Below are positions 54,255 to 64,000 of a DNA stretch of 64,000 nucleotides, in pieces (the stretch's first letter is position 1; every line of letters starts with the position of its first letter). The DNA lies in NCBI GenBank assembly GCA_049510295.1, contig JBEKZC010000004.1, positions 4,224 through 68,223 on the forward strand, written 5' to 3'. This DNA is from Verrucomicrobiota bacterium. Its GTDB lineage: Bacteria > Verrucomicrobiota > Verrucomicrobiia > Limisphaerales > UBA11358. The position numbers and the translations under genes are program-made. Below the pieces are notes generated by a model. The model had not been told where the DNA came from and did not search any database. It worked only from the letters and a program-made list of their open reading frames with translations.

Positions 54255-54734
54255 ATGGATGAACTGTTAAAAATTTTGCAGGCCAACGCGACTGAGTCGC
54301 GTGAAAACATTGCGAAGATGCTGAACACCACTGTCGCGAAGGTGAACGAGCGCATCGCCAAATACGAAAAGAGCGGCGTCATCCGCGGCTACCAGGCCAT
54401 CCTGAACGAGGATCAACTCGGGCTTGATACGGTCACGGCCGTCATCGAGGTCAAGGTGTCGCCCCAGCGCGAAGGCGGGTTCAACACCGTCGCCGCCCGC
54501 ATCAGCCGTTTTCCCGAAGTGCGCTCGGCGTATCTCATGAGCGGCACCTACGACGTGCTGTTGTTCATCGAGGGCCGCAACCTGCGCGAAGTCGCCGCGT
54601 TCGTCAGCGAACGGCTGTCGCCGCTCGAAGGCGTGCTCTCCACGTCCACCCATTTCATGCTCAAAACCTACAAGCGCCTCGGCGTGTTGATGGAATCCGG
54701 CCATGCAGAAGAAAGACTCAGTGTCGCTCCGTAA
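54255..54734 (+). CDS. Lrp/AsnC-family transcriptional regulator
   Basis: 159 aa with an N-terminal wHTH (LLKILQANATESRENIAKMLNTTVAKVNERIAKYEKSGVIRGY) and a C-terminal RAM-like domain. Confidence 0.8.
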   Translation: MDELLKILQANATESRENIAKMLNTTVAKVNERIAKYEKSGVIRGYQAILNEDQLGLDTVTAVIEVKVSPQREGGFNTVAARISRFPEVRSAYLMSGTYDVLLFIEGRNLREVAAFVSERLSPLEGVLSTSTHFMLKTYKRLGVLMESGHAEERLSVAP

Positions 54735-54764
54735 CTCTGGTTGTGTCGGGAATGGGGTAAGAAT

Positions 54765-55982
54765 CTAGCAGGAACTTGGCTGTTTACGCCCGGCAATTTG
54801 GTCTGCGGTAGCATGCAGTCTCGCCACGGTCGTATCGTCCAACTCACGAATTGGCTTTAACGGCAGGCGGCGACCGAAGTAATGCCCAGCGAGAATTCCG
54901 ACGGGCCGAATCGCGAAATTAAATCTGTCCACAGCCTGCTGCGCTTCAAAGAATGAAAATTCGCATTCCGTACCCATTTCTGAACAGCGAGCTTGCTTCA
55001 TTAAGTGACAACTAAGAACAGCCCTCGCCCTGTTCTCCGAAGACATCTTTGGCCCAAAGACGAGACCTTTAATGTTTTCCAGTGAAATTCTCAAAGTGCG
55101 AACGTCTGGCAGAAGTGATTCGTATGCAGGGAAAAATGCTCTAACTTCTTTTTCGTGTCGCCAGTCGGAGTGTTTAACCAAGCCGATAAGATGCTCCTTC
55201 TTTTGTTCTGCGTCTCCGCCGATTTGAAGCGGGACGTCGTAGTGATTTTCTTCTTCTGTATATGAAAACTGATGGATAAGACGATGAAAGGCATTCACCT
55301 TCGGCAGTTTCCGTCCATACTTGACTTCCTTCAGTTCCAAACGCTCGTCCTTGTACGTGCCAACCTCGATAATGCCGATACCCATTTTTGACGGCCTTGT
55401 ACCGTGAAGAATGTTTAGATCCGAGCAAACAGTCACCTTGCCGTCATCAGTCCCGAACACTCTCACAAATCCTCTTTCCGCGTCTGCATAGTGGCCCCAC
55501 ATTGTCGGATTGGTGGCGTTTAGCGCAAACGATGCGATATACTTTTCGTCCAGAAGGGCACGTGGCAACCCTTGTTCAATAAAACTGCTGGCGAGATGTT
55601 CTGCGGTGCGCAACAAAGCAGGCTGTAGCTTTTCCGCCCCACAAAGTTTTAAGGCTTTGAGGAATGCCGAATTTAAATCCTCTACCCCAAAATCCCGATT
55701 CCGTGCATTCTTTTTCAGTTGCCGCCCAATCGCATCGCTCAAACCAACTATCTCCCGAATTTCGTCGGCCTTGTCAGGCTGAAAATAGCCGGAGCAAATG
55801 CACGCATGCTCCAAAACAAATTGCGCCAAACGTTGCCATAATTCTTCGCTCCCTTTCAAAATGAAGCGGGGGCGGCATTCGCTGGCATCATTTAGCTCTC
55901 CAACAGATGCGAAATATACTTCGCCCCGCCGCAACATGCTAAACTCGAGATTTCCCGGCTTTTGGTATTTGTAGAAAAGCAT
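54765..55982 (-). CDS. DUF2971-family protein
   Basis: 405 aa. The N-terminus MLFYKYQKPGNLEFSMLRRGEVYFASVGELNDASEC fits the DUF2971 signature (YKY..L....L.F......NDP.E). The region is AT-richer than its neighbours. Confidence 0.55.
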   Translation of the reverse strand: MLFYKYQKPGNLEFSMLRRGEVYFASVGELNDASECRPRFILKGSEELWQRLAQFVLEHACICSGYFQPDKADEIREIVGLSDAIGRQLKKNARNRDFGVEDLNSAFLKALKLCGAEKLQPALLRTAEHLASSFIEQGLPRALLDEKYIASFALNATNPTMWGHYADAERGFVRVFGTDDGKVTVCSDLNILHGTRPSKMGIGIIEVGTYKDERLELKEVKYGRKLPKVNAFHRLIHQFSYTEEENHYDVPLQIGGDAEQKKEHLIGLVKHSDWRHEKEVRAFFPAYESLLPDVRTLRISLENIKGLVFGPKMSSENRARAVLSCHLMKQARCSEMGTECEFSFFEAQQAVDRFNFAIRPVGILAGHYFGRRLPLKPIRELDDTTVARLHATADQIAGRKQPSSC

Positions 55983-56183
55983 TACACCTGTTGTTTTCTT
56001 AAGGTGATTGTCATCTCGCCACTAATTTACAACAAGCACAAACAGGACCGGACGTTTTCCTCGGGTGTCACGTACACACCCCGCGATTTGAGAAAATTTT
56101 TACCTCGGCGCACTATATTTGTTCCTCCTCGACGAACCCTATGTTGAACAGATACGTTGTTGCCAGTTTGACGGAATTTGACC

Positions 56184-57365
56184 ATGCAAAAGAACGATTC
56201 AAAATCGCTCCGTAACCGCATCAACGCGACGGTGCGCGACATCCCGCGCTCGGGCATCCGCGACTTCTTCGACATCGTCAGCACGATGAAGGACGTGATC
56301 AGCCTGGGCATCGGCGAGCCGGACTTTGATACGCCCTGGCACGTGCGGGAATCCACGATGTTCGCGCTCGAACGCGGCGTGACGCATTACACGAGCAACT
56401 ATGGCTATCTCGAACTCCGCCGGGCGCTGGCCAAATACGTCGGCAAAAAATTCGGCGCGGAATACAACCCGGACAACGAAATTCTTGTCACCGTCGGCGT
56501 CAGCGAGGCGCTCGACCTTGCCTTGCGCGCACTGGTCACACCGGGTGACGAAGTGCTTTACCACGAGCCGTGCTACGTGTCGTATCGCGCAACAATCCTG
56601 TTCGCGCACGGGGTGCCGGTGGCCGTCGAGACGAAGCCGGAGAACGGATTTCGCCTCACCCGCGCAATGCTGGAGGCAAAGGTGACGCCGAAGACAAAGG
56701 TGTTGATGCTGAATTTTCCGAACAATCCAACTGGCGCGGTCATGGGCCGTCAGGATTTGGAGGATGTTGCCGCGTTCGCCCGCGAGCGCGACCTCATCGT
56801 CGTTACGGACGAGATTTACGGCGAACTGACCTACGACTCAGCGCACACGAGCATCGTGAGCCTGCCGGGGATGCGCGACCGCACGATTTTCCTGCACGGC
56901 TTCTCGAAGGCATGGGCGATGACCGGTTACCGGCTCGGTTACGCCTGCGGCCCGGCGGAGTTGATTGAAGCGATGATGAAGATTCATCAATACACGATGC
57001 TCTGCGCCTCTTCCATGGGACAGAAAGCCGCCATCGAAGCGCTCGCCCGGCCGGATGCGGACGTGGGCGAGATGGTGAATGAATACCGCCGCCGCCGGAA
57101 TTTCATCGCCGCGGCGTTTGCGGACATGGGCGTTGAATGTCACCGTCCGCTCGGCGCATTTTATGCCTTTCCGAGCGTGGCAAAGTTTGGCCTGAAGTCG
57201 CAGGACTTTGCGTTGAAGTTGCTGCACGAGGAAAAAGTGGCGGTGGTACCCGGTACGGCGTTCGGCGGGTGCGGCGAAGGCTTCGTCCGTTGCGCCTACG
57301 CGACCAGCATGGAAAATCTCAAGGAAGCGCTGACCCGGCTCAAAAAGTTTATTGCGAAAATTTGA
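56184..57365 (+). CDS. Class I/II PLP-dependent aminotransferase (AspC-like)
   Basis: ATG at 56184. ..LGIGEPDFDTP.., NFPNNPTG, and the PLP-lysine motif HGFSKAWAMTGYRLGY. Confidence 0.85.
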   Translation: MQKNDSKSLRNRINATVRDIPRSGIRDFFDIVSTMKDVISLGIGEPDFDTPWHVRESTMFALERGVTHYTSNYGYLELRRALAKYVGKKFGAEYNPDNEILVTVGVSEALDLALRALVTPGDEVLYHEPCYVSYRATILFAHGVPVAVETKPENGFRLTRAMLEAKVTPKTKVLMLNFPNNPTGAVMGRQDLEDVAAFARERDLIVVTDEIYGELTYDSAHTSIVSLPGMRDRTIFLHGFSKAWAMTGYRLGYACGPAELIEAMMKIHQYTMLCASSMGQKAAIEALARPDADVGEMVNEYRRRRNFIAAAFADMGVECHRPLGAFYAFPSVAKFGLKSQDFALKLLHEEKVAVVPGTAFGGCGEGFVRCAYATSMENLKEALTRLKKFIAKI

Positions 57366-57641
57366 TTTGGTAAAAATGCGTGACGTGGCCAACGGAACGA
57401 TTGATTTCCACATTTAATTTGTTAGCTATTGGGAAAAATCGCAGAATCAACAAAGGCATGACAATGAGTGAAACTCAGCCAGAGACCTTCTCAAAATGGC
57501 TCTAAATTTCGACGAGCCGGAAGACCGTCAGAAAATATTGAGAATCGTTTATGAAGAATTCCGGCGGGAATATTCCAGCGCGATAGATTAAACGCGGGTT
57601 CAGCATGATTTGAATTTGAGAGATAGAATGAATGTGCTTGT

Positions 57642-58220
57642 TTAGCGTTCGGCATACCAACGAGATCGTAAGCCCCTCCCGTCTTCGCCTCTACGGATAA
57701 GGCCTGCGCCTTCTGCGATCACACCACCGCGTGCAGTTCGGTTCCTAAGCAGGCACTGAAAAGCTCGCTCGTGTTGGGAACGTGGTTTTCGTTTGAGCTT
57801 CTTTTCGACCCGCGTCCGGCTGATTTGGAACGACCGGACTTTGTCAGCAAGCCATGTCGCATGACCGTTTAGCATAGATTGCCATGTGGCTGCGATGTCC
57901 TGATCAAGTTCCGAAAAGACAGCACCGTTCACGAGCCGTTCATGTACGGCGGCCAAGGAAATACCTGCTCCGCCTGCAAAGGGCTCGACGAGCACCGTTG
58001 GTCGGGCTGGGGTGTTTTGCAACCACCTGCGAGCGATTTTAATGAACCAACGCTTTCCACCCGGGTAACGAAATGGGCTCAAAAAACCATTTCGCGATGG
58101 TTTTGTCACCTTGATTGAATGCTTGCTCGTTTTGCGTTTGGTCACGGTGTAATTATTGGGAACTTTGACGTTCCTAAAATGTTTTAGCCCAAATGCAGAT
58201 GGTGCGCAATACGGCTTCAT
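57642..58220 (-). pseudogene. D12-class (Dam-like) N6-adenine DNA methyltransferase, apparently 3'-truncated
   Basis: 192 aa: FRYPGGKRWFIK..VLVEPFAGGAGISL (motif I). The ORF ends before any DPPY-type motif IV. AT-richer patch, and no partner restriction gene was seen. Confidence 0.5.
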
Positions 58221-58377
58221 AAAAATGTCAATTCAAGGAGAACCCCGACTGACTCTGGACGAGCCTTGCAGCCGGTTAAATCGCTGTTGCTAATCCAATT
58301 TCGGCTTCTCCCGTTTTATGCCGTGCGCCTCGCCACGCGGGATTTCTGCTCCTTGATTTCCTTGGGAACGCCAAGGA

Positions 58378-59934
58378 TCACAGGGGAAAACTTTTATTGG
58401 CGTCGGTTGAATGTGTTGCGGCTGGCGAAGGCGCGGCGATTTCGAGCCGGGCTTGGGCGCGGTTGACCAGCGCGAGCATGGTGACAGACACGGCGGCCTG
58501 GCGTTCAGCTTCCTCGATGCGCGCAAATTCACCATAGACTTCCGCGCGCACCGGTTCGTTTTGCGAGGGCAATTCCTGTCCGCCGCTGGTGCGCATGGCA
58601 TGCAGAATGTGGTGGGCGTTGATCAAATCCAGCGGCCGCGCGGGCGCGTAGGCGGATTCGGTGCCGGCGATTTCGGTGACCAGCCGCGCGGCGAGGAGCG
58701 TCTGCAAGACCTGTTGCGCTAGCCTGGTCGGGATGCCCAGCTCGGTGGCAATTCCCTGAATCGTGACCGGAGGCTGGCCGCGTTGAAAGCGCTGTCCGAT
58801 GCACGTCATCAGCCGCAGCGCGACGAATTCGCGTCCGCGCTGGTTGACGTTCTCCGCAAGTTTGTCCTGCAGATACGCCGCGCGATTTTGGAAGGCGTAG
58901 GCGGCCTGTGCGCCAAAGAGCAAAATCAGCCAGGAAAAATAAAGCCCGATCATGAACACGGGCACGAGGCCGAGGCTCCCGTAAATGTTGCTGTTGGAAA
59001 CAACGCGGGAAACGTAGAGGAAGCCGAAGATATTATTCAAGTACCAGAGCGAACCGCCCACGAAGCCACCGACCAGCGCCGCGTTGAAACGGACCCGGGT
59101 GTTCGGCATGATTTTATAGAAGGCTGCGAATGCCAGCCATAGCAGGACCATCGGGAGGAATTTAAAGATCACTTCACTTGCCAACGGCATGGATTCGACG
59201 AAGTGCCGCACGCCGGCGAACCGTGGACCCGTGGCGAGAATCAGGCCGGCGATCAGCAACGTTGGCACCAGTCCGATGGCAAACCAATAGTGTTCGATGC
59301 GGACCAGCCAGCTCCGGCTGCGGGTGACGCCCCAGACGTCGTTCATGGTCTCCTCAATCCGGCCGAGCAGGGAGAAAACCACGAAGATCAGCAGGACCGT
59401 CCCGGCCACGCCGAGCGTGCCGCTGCGGGTTTTCTGGATGAATTTATCAATATATTGGGCGGCTTCCTTTTGCGCGTTGGCCACGCGGTCCTCGACGCCG
59501 GTTGCGGCCACCACCAGGTTGGTTTCCGCAACGGAATTGGTCGGGGCTCCGCCCGTTTCGGTGTTCGTCAGGGTCGGCGCAACCGCCAGGCCCGGGTTGA
59601 ATTTCAGCGGGACAAAGGCGGCATTCGTATTCAATCCGGCGGGCGGCATGAAGTTGGAGACCAATTTGTCAATCGCTTGGTAGATTTTTTCCTCGCCTTC
59701 GTTTTTGAGCAGGCTGCTGGTGACGCTGATGGCCACCGCGAGCAACGGGATGAGCGCCAGCAGCGTCGTATAGGACAACGCCGCCGCGCGGACGGGACAG
59801 CGGTTGCGCACGAAACTCCTGATGACCAGCGCGCAAAGGTGCGCGAACCGCTCGAGCCGGCTCAGTTCGCTTTCCGCGCCGGAGTAAACGCCGGTCAAAA
59901 TTTTAATGAGACGTGAGAACGGCTTTATTGCCAT
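58378..59934 (-). CDS. YihY/BrkB-family membrane protein with a C-terminal winged-helix domain
   Basis: ATG at 59934 (MAIKPFSRL..; the track start at 59967 is a TTG). ..AAALSYTTLLALIPLLAVAISV.., six or more TM spans, and a C-terminal ..VTIQGIATELGIPTRLAQQVLQTLLAARLVTEI. Confidence 0.7.
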   Translation of the reverse strand: MAIKPFSRLIKILTGVYSGAESELSRLERFAHLCALVIRSFVRNRCPVRAAALSYTTLLALIPLLAVAISVTSSLLKNEGEEKIYQAIDKLVSNFMPPAGLNTNAAFVPLKFNPGLAVAPTLTNTETGGAPTNSVAETNLVVAATGVEDRVANAQKEAAQYIDKFIQKTRSGTLGVAGTVLLIFVVFSLLGRIEETMNDVWGVTRSRSWLVRIEHYWFAIGLVPTLLIAGLILATGPRFAGVRHFVESMPLASEVIFKFLPMVLLWLAFAAFYKIMPNTRVRFNAALVGGFVGGSLWYLNNIFGFLYVSRVVSNSNIYGSLGLVPVFMIGLYFSWLILLFGAQAAYAFQNRAAYLQDKLAENVNQRGREFVALRLMTCIGQRFQRGQPPVTIQGIATELGIPTRLAQQVLQTLLAARLVTEIAGTESAYAPARPLDLINAHHILHAMRTSGGQELPSQNEPVRAEVYGEFARIEEAERQAAVSVTMLALVNRAQARLEIAAPSPAATHSTDANKSFPL

Positions 59935-60058
59935 GCGTTGCGCCACGCTAACAAACCCATTCGCCAAGTCAATCGGCGGGCGAATCCGCCTTCATTAAAA
60001 TTCCGGCGCGATAAATCCGCTTTATCACCACTGCAAAATCAGCACAATGTCCGTGCAG

Positions 60059-60135
60059 GCATCCGTAGCTCAATTGGATAGAGCTTCTGACTTCGGATCA
60101 GAAGGTTGCAGGTTCGAGTCCTGCCGGATGCGCCA
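60059..60135 (+). tRNA. tRNA-Arg (anticodon UCG)
   Basis: I folded the cloverleaf by hand. Acceptor GCATCCG/CGGATGC, D arm GCTC..GAGC, anticodon arm TCTGA-CTTCGGA-TCAGA (anticodon TCG), T arm GCAGG-TTCGAGT-CCTGC, discriminator G, encoded CCA. Confidence 0.85.
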
Positions 60136-60159
60136 AAAAAATCGGTGTCGGATCAATTC

Positions 60160-62916
60160 ATGAAACAACCCGGCAAGCGCAATTTCATTTGCGTACTTTC
60201 CCTGCTGTTTTTTGCCGGGATGGCCACCCTGGCGCCAGCGGCCGGTGACACTTTGGCCTGGCCCGCACTTGCTTCCCAAACGCGGCCGTGGACCTATTGG
60301 TGGTGGATGGGCAGCGCGGTGGACAAGACGAATCTCACCCGGGAATTGCAGCGTTACCACGACGCCGGGCTGGGCGGCGTCCACATCATCCCGATTTACG
60401 GCGCGAAAGGCTGGGAGTCGAATTACATCAGCCACCTTAGTCCAAAATGGATGGCGATGCTGGGCTACACCGTTTCCGAGGCGCACCGGCTGGGTCTGGG
60501 TGTGGACATGACCACCGGCACGGGCTGGTGTTTCGGCGGGCCGCAGGTTTCCGATCAAGACGCGAACGCGAATGTCGTCGTGAAAACTTACGACCTTGGC
60601 GTTGGTGAAAGACTAAAAGAAAAATTCAAACGCGAATCCATTCAAGCACTCGTTGCCTTCGGGCCAGATGGAAAATCAATTGACCTGACAGCTTCCATTT
60701 CCACCAATGGCCAGGTGTTCTTTTCTCCGCCCGGAAACCGGGTTGGAACCGAAACCTCCGCGCCTCCCAAAACCTGGAGAGTTTATGCGATTTCGCAAAA
60801 GCCGTCCGGCCAAAAGGTAAAACGCGCCGCGCCGGGCGGGGCCGGCTGGATGCTGAACCCGTTTTATCCGCCGGCGATGAGCGATTATCTCCGCCGCTTC
60901 ACCGATGCGTTCGCCAATTACGACGGGCCGAAGCCGCGCGCACAGTACCAGGATTCCTATGAATACAAATCCGACTGGGCGCCGGATTTTTTTGCGCAGT
61001 TTGAAAAGAGGCGTGGATACAAGTTGCAAACCGAACTGCCCGCGCTCTTCGGCACGAATCAGGACGACCACGCCGCGCGCGTCCAATCCGATTACCGCGA
61101 AACCATTTCCGACATCATGGTGGAGGAATCGGAGCCGCGCTGGATTAAGTGGTCGCATGAACACGGTTTCATCACCCGTTACGAGGCGCACGGTTCGCCC
61201 GGCAATCTGCTCGACCTCTACGCCGTGGCCGACATCCCCGAGACGGAATTTTTCCGCACCAATCGAAATCCGCTGGTTTCCAAATTCGCCTCGTCCGCCG
61301 CGCACTTGCGGGGTGACAACCTGGTCGCGGCCGAGACCGGCACGTGGCTGGCGGAACATTTCACCGAGACCCTCGGGGAAATGAAATCGCTCGTGGATGA
61401 AATGTTTCTCTCGGGCGTGAACCACATTTTTTACCACGGCACCTGTTATTCGCCCGACGAAGCCGGCTGGCCGGGCTGGTTGTTTTATGCCTCAACGGAA
61501 ATGAACCCGCGCAATTCCATCTGGCGTGACGCGCCTGCGCTCAACGATTACATTGCGCGTTGCCAGTCCATTTTGCAGTCGGGCAAACCGGACAACGATG
61601 TGCTGCTCTACTGGCCGGTTTATGATTATTGGAACGAGGCCACCAACCGGCTGCCAACGCTGCAGGTGGAGTCGCAGCAAATCTGGTTTGAAAATCAGCC
61701 CATCGGCAAAACCGCGCATGAACTTTGGAACCGCGGCTACGCCTTCGACTACGTTTCCGACCGGCAATTGCAAACGGCCAAAGTGACTGATGGGAAAATC
61801 CAGATGCCCGGCGGAAATTATAAAGTCATCGTCGTGCCCCCCTGCGGGCACCTGCCGCTGAAGACCGGCCAAAAACTCCTCGCCCTTGCCCGGTCCGGCG
61901 CGACGGTGATTTTTCAGGATGATTTTCCGACGGATGTTCCGGGTTGGGGCAACCTGGAAAAACAACGGGCAGAATATAAGAACGCCATGGTCAACCTTGA
62001 ACGGAGCCACCCGGCCAGCCTGCTGGAGCAAACGAAAGTCGGCCGGGGCCAGATTTTTGTCGGCCGCATCGGGATGGCCTTGTCATTGGGAGGCGCCACT
62101 CGCGAGCCGATGACCGACAACAGCCTGCTTTTTGTCCGTCGCACGTTTGACGGTGGTTATTGTTATTTCATCGCCCATCGTGGCGACAAAAGGTTCGACG
62201 GGTGGGTGACGCTTGCCTGTGCCGCAAAATCCGCCGTCATCCTCGACCCGATGAACGGCAGCGTTGGCATCGCGGCGCTCAACCAGACCAGCGGGCAGGC
62301 CCAGGTTTATTTGCAGCTTCAACCCGGTGAGTCGGTGATGCTGCGGGTCTTCGCCAACCGCAAAATTGACGGCCCGGCCTGGAATTATTGGCGCCCGGCT
62401 GGTCCGGGCGGTGAAATCAAAGGCGGCTGGCAGGTGGAATTTATTTCGGGCGGGCCGACGTTGCCGGCGCCGCTTGAAACCACGAAGCTCGCATCCTGGA
62501 CGGAACAGGGCGACACCAACGCGCAAAGTTTCGCCGGCACAACGCGTTACTCGATCACCTTTGATGCGCCCGATCCCCATTCCGGACCGTGGCAGCTTGA
62601 CCTCGGCGATGTTCGCCAAAGCGCGCGCGTCCAGCTCAACAGCCGTGATTATGGCACGCTCATCACGCCGCCGTTCCGCGTGACGGTGGATAATTTGAAG
62701 CCGGCCGGCAACCAACTTGAAGTCGAAGTCACGGGCGTTTCAGCCAATCGCATCCGCGATCTGGACCGGCGCGGCGTGCCGTGGAAAAACTTCCGTGACA
62801 TCAATTTCGTGGATATTGACTACAAGCCGTTCAATGCGGCCAATTGGCCGCTGATAGATTCAGGCCTGCTCGGCCCGGTGACGTTGACGGCAGTGGCACC
62901 GGTGCAGGTCAGGTGA
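60160..62916 (+). CDS. Secreted glycoside hydrolase-like protein (GH106-like N-terminus, galactose-binding-like C-terminus)
   Basis: ATG at 60160 (MKQPGKRNFICVLSLLFFAGMATLAPA). ..TRPWTYWWWMGSAVDKTNLTRELQRYHDAGLGGVHIIP.. The upstream 18 codons of the track ORF overlap the tRNA. Confidence 0.5.
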   Translation: MKQPGKRNFICVLSLLFFAGMATLAPAAGDTLAWPALASQTRPWTYWWWMGSAVDKTNLTRELQRYHDAGLGGVHIIPIYGAKGWESNYISHLSPKWMAMLGYTVSEAHRLGLGVDMTTGTGWCFGGPQVSDQDANANVVVKTYDLGVGERLKEKFKRESIQALVAFGPDGKSIDLTASISTNGQVFFSPPGNRVGTETSAPPKTWRVYAISQKPSGQKVKRAAPGGAGWMLNPFYPPAMSDYLRRFTDAFANYDGPKPRAQYQDSYEYKSDWAPDFFAQFEKRRGYKLQTELPALFGTNQDDHAARVQSDYRETISDIMVEESEPRWIKWSHEHGFITRYEAHGSPGNLLDLYAVADIPETEFFRTNRNPLVSKFASSAAHLRGDNLVAAETGTWLAEHFTETLGEMKSLVDEMFLSGVNHIFYHGTCYSPDEAGWPGWLFYASTEMNPRNSIWRDAPALNDYIARCQSILQSGKPDNDVLLYWPVYDYWNEATNRLPTLQVESQQIWFENQPIGKTAHELWNRGYAFDYVSDRQLQTAKVTDGKIQMPGGNYKVIVVPPCGHLPLKTGQKLLALARSGATVIFQDDFPTDVPGWGNLEKQRAEYKNAMVNLERSHPASLLEQTKVGRGQIFVGRIGMALSLGGATREPMTDNSLLFVRRTFDGGYCYFIAHRGDKRFDGWVTLACAAKSAVILDPMNGSVGIAALNQTSGQAQVYLQLQPGESVMLRVFANRKIDGPAWNYWRPAGPGGEIKGGWQVEFISGGPTLPAPLETTKLASWTEQGDTNAQSFAGTTRYSITFDAPDPHSGPWQLDLGDVRQSARVQLNSRDYGTLITPPFRVTVDNLKPAGNQLEVEVTGVSANRIRDLDRRGVPWKNFRDINFVDIDYKPFNAANWPLIDSGLLGPVTLTAVAPVQVR

Positions 62917-63087
62917 TACCGGCTGGAAATCACTCGTGACTGGACTTGCCCGGGTATTCCTGGTCGAACCACGCCTTCAATTCGGCATTGAGCCGTTTCA
63001 AGTCCGGCGTTGCGCAATACCGAAGGCAGAATCTGGCGCGCAGATTGTGAACAACTAATTTTTGTGCTTTGCCGGGCAGTCGCTACG

Positions 63088-64000
63088 ATGGACCCGATGG
63101 CTGACGCCTACGAACAACTGCTCGACGCAACGATTCAACATCTGGATGATTTGAAATCGCGCGGCGTCCGCCACGTCGCCGTCGCGCCGGAAACGCTCCA
63201 CGCCCTGGCGCAACCCACGCCACGGCCAGTTGAAGGCAGGGACACACGGCCCGCGCGTCCGGCGGAAGTTCCAACTTCCCCTTCGGACGAGCCGGCGGCT
63301 CGTCCCTACCAAAAAACAATCTCCGCGCCTGCCGCGGAACAGACGACATTACTCGCACTGCCCGATGAAACGGTTCCCAGCCAGAGCCCGCCGCTGGAGC
63401 CGCAGGCCAAGGCGGCGGCGTTTGCCGCGTTGCGCGCGCGCGCGCTGGCGTGCGTCAAATGTCCCCACCTCGCGTCGTCGCGCAAAAACGTCGCGTTCGG
63501 TGTCGGCAGCATTGACGCGCAACTCATGTTCGTGGGCGAGGCGCCAGGCGCGGACGAAGACGAGCAGGGCGAGCCATTCGTCGGCAAGGCCGGCCAGTTG
63601 CTCACGAAAATCATCCAGGCGACGGGACTGAAGCGCGCGGACGTTTACATCGCCAACATTTTGAAATGCCGGCCTGACACACCCGGCCAGACCGCCGGCA
63701 ATCGCAAGCCGACCGCCGCCGAGATGGCCACGTGCATTCTGTATCTGCACGAGCAGATTGATTTGATCCGGCCCCGGGTCATCGTTGCCCTCGGCGCGAC
63801 GGCGGTGGAAGGTCTGCTGGGCAAGACCTTGGGCATCACCAAGCTGCGCGGCACTTGGAAAACGTATCGCGGCACGCCGCTCATGCCGACGTATCATCCG
63901 GCGTACCTGCTGCGCAACCATGCCATGAGCGAGAAGCGCAAAGTCTGGGAAGACATGCTGGCCGTAATGGAAAAACTCGATATGCCCATCAGCGAAAAAC
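63088..64000 (+). CDS. Family-4 uracil-DNA glycosylase (partial; 3' end off window)
   Basis: I translated from the ATG at 63088. After an Ala/Pro-rich N-terminal region it reads ..CVKCPHLASSRKNVAFGVGSIDAQLMFVGEAPGADEDEQGEPFVGKAGQLLTKII..ANILKCRP..MPTYHPAYLLRN.. It is open to the window end. Confidence 0.8.
   Translation, partial: MDPMADAYEQLLDATIQHLDDLKSRGVRHVAVAPETLHALAQPTPRPVEGRDTRPARPAEVPTSPSDEPAARPYQKTISAPAAEQTTLLALPDETVPSQSPPLEPQAKAAAFAALRARALACVKCPHLASSRKNVAFGVGSIDAQLMFVGEAPGADEDEQGEPFVGKAGQLLTKIIQATGLKRADVYIANILKCRPDTPGQTAGNRKPTAAEMATCILYLHEQIDLIRPRVIVALGATAVEGLLGKTLGITKLRGTWKTYRGTPLMPTYHPAYLLRNHAMSEKRKVWEDMLAVMEKLDMPISEK

Noticed and set aside
59203-59916. 237-aa plus-strand ORF inside yihY; likewise 60676..61437 (-) and 61492..62031 (-) inside the hydrolase, and 63349..63921 (-) inside udg
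   Set aside because: These are shadow ORFs opposite well-supported genes, with Arg/Gly-rich composition.
60106-60159. First 18 codons of the hydrolase track ORF
   Set aside because: They overlap the tRNA-Arg gene. The signal-peptide-bearing start is the ATG at 60160.

Overview
The window is a 64-kb chromosomal segment from a moderately GC-rich bacterium. The gene content and the intergenic repeat families look PVC/Verrucomicrobia-like, but I cannot verify that here.

Housekeeping-type genes sit at both ends:
- Left end: a GPH sugar symporter, an EtfB/EtfA-like pair, a LysA-like decarboxylase and an alpha/beta hydrolase.
- Right end: an ECF sigma operon, a YncE-like propeller, Lrp/AsnC plus an aminotransferase, YihY, tRNA-Arg(UCG), a glycoside hydrolase and a family-4 UDG.

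The dominant feature is a comM/yifB (Mg-chelatase-like AAA+) gene cut into three in-frame pieces by two insertions:
1. A 10.4-kb element (11361-21796) carries a large serine recombinase at its right edge. It also carries a small resolvase-type serine recombinase, a PLD-family Nuc nuclease and an XRE regulator.
2. A 19.9-kb block (22758-42641) has no recombinase gene. It appears to be three tandem cargo modules. Each ends in a near-identical ~345-bp unit (a small XRE-HTH gene plus an att-like junction), and the two internal junctions look attP-like.

The cargo of the three modules is:
- Module A: an XRE-HTH fusion protein next to a 1307-aa sugar-kinase/SIS/SIS/mannitol-dehydrogenase-like fusion.
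- Module B: a radical-SAM/SPASM gene with a Cys-rich precursor (RiPP-like), IS debris and a 1455-aa S8 subtilase.
- Module C: a hybrid sensor kinase.

A second radical-SAM/SPASM gene with two Cys-rich peptide genes lies just upstream of comM.

Five consecutive minus-strand transcription units at 4.6-10.9 kb are each immediately preceded by a copy of a ~100-340-bp repeat.

Downstream of comM, an ECF sigma/anti-sigma pair heads a translationally coupled operon of four large secreted proteins. These are built from repeated CsgG/LpoB/FlgO-like modules and have no known function.

I recognised no rRNA genes and no CRISPR array.
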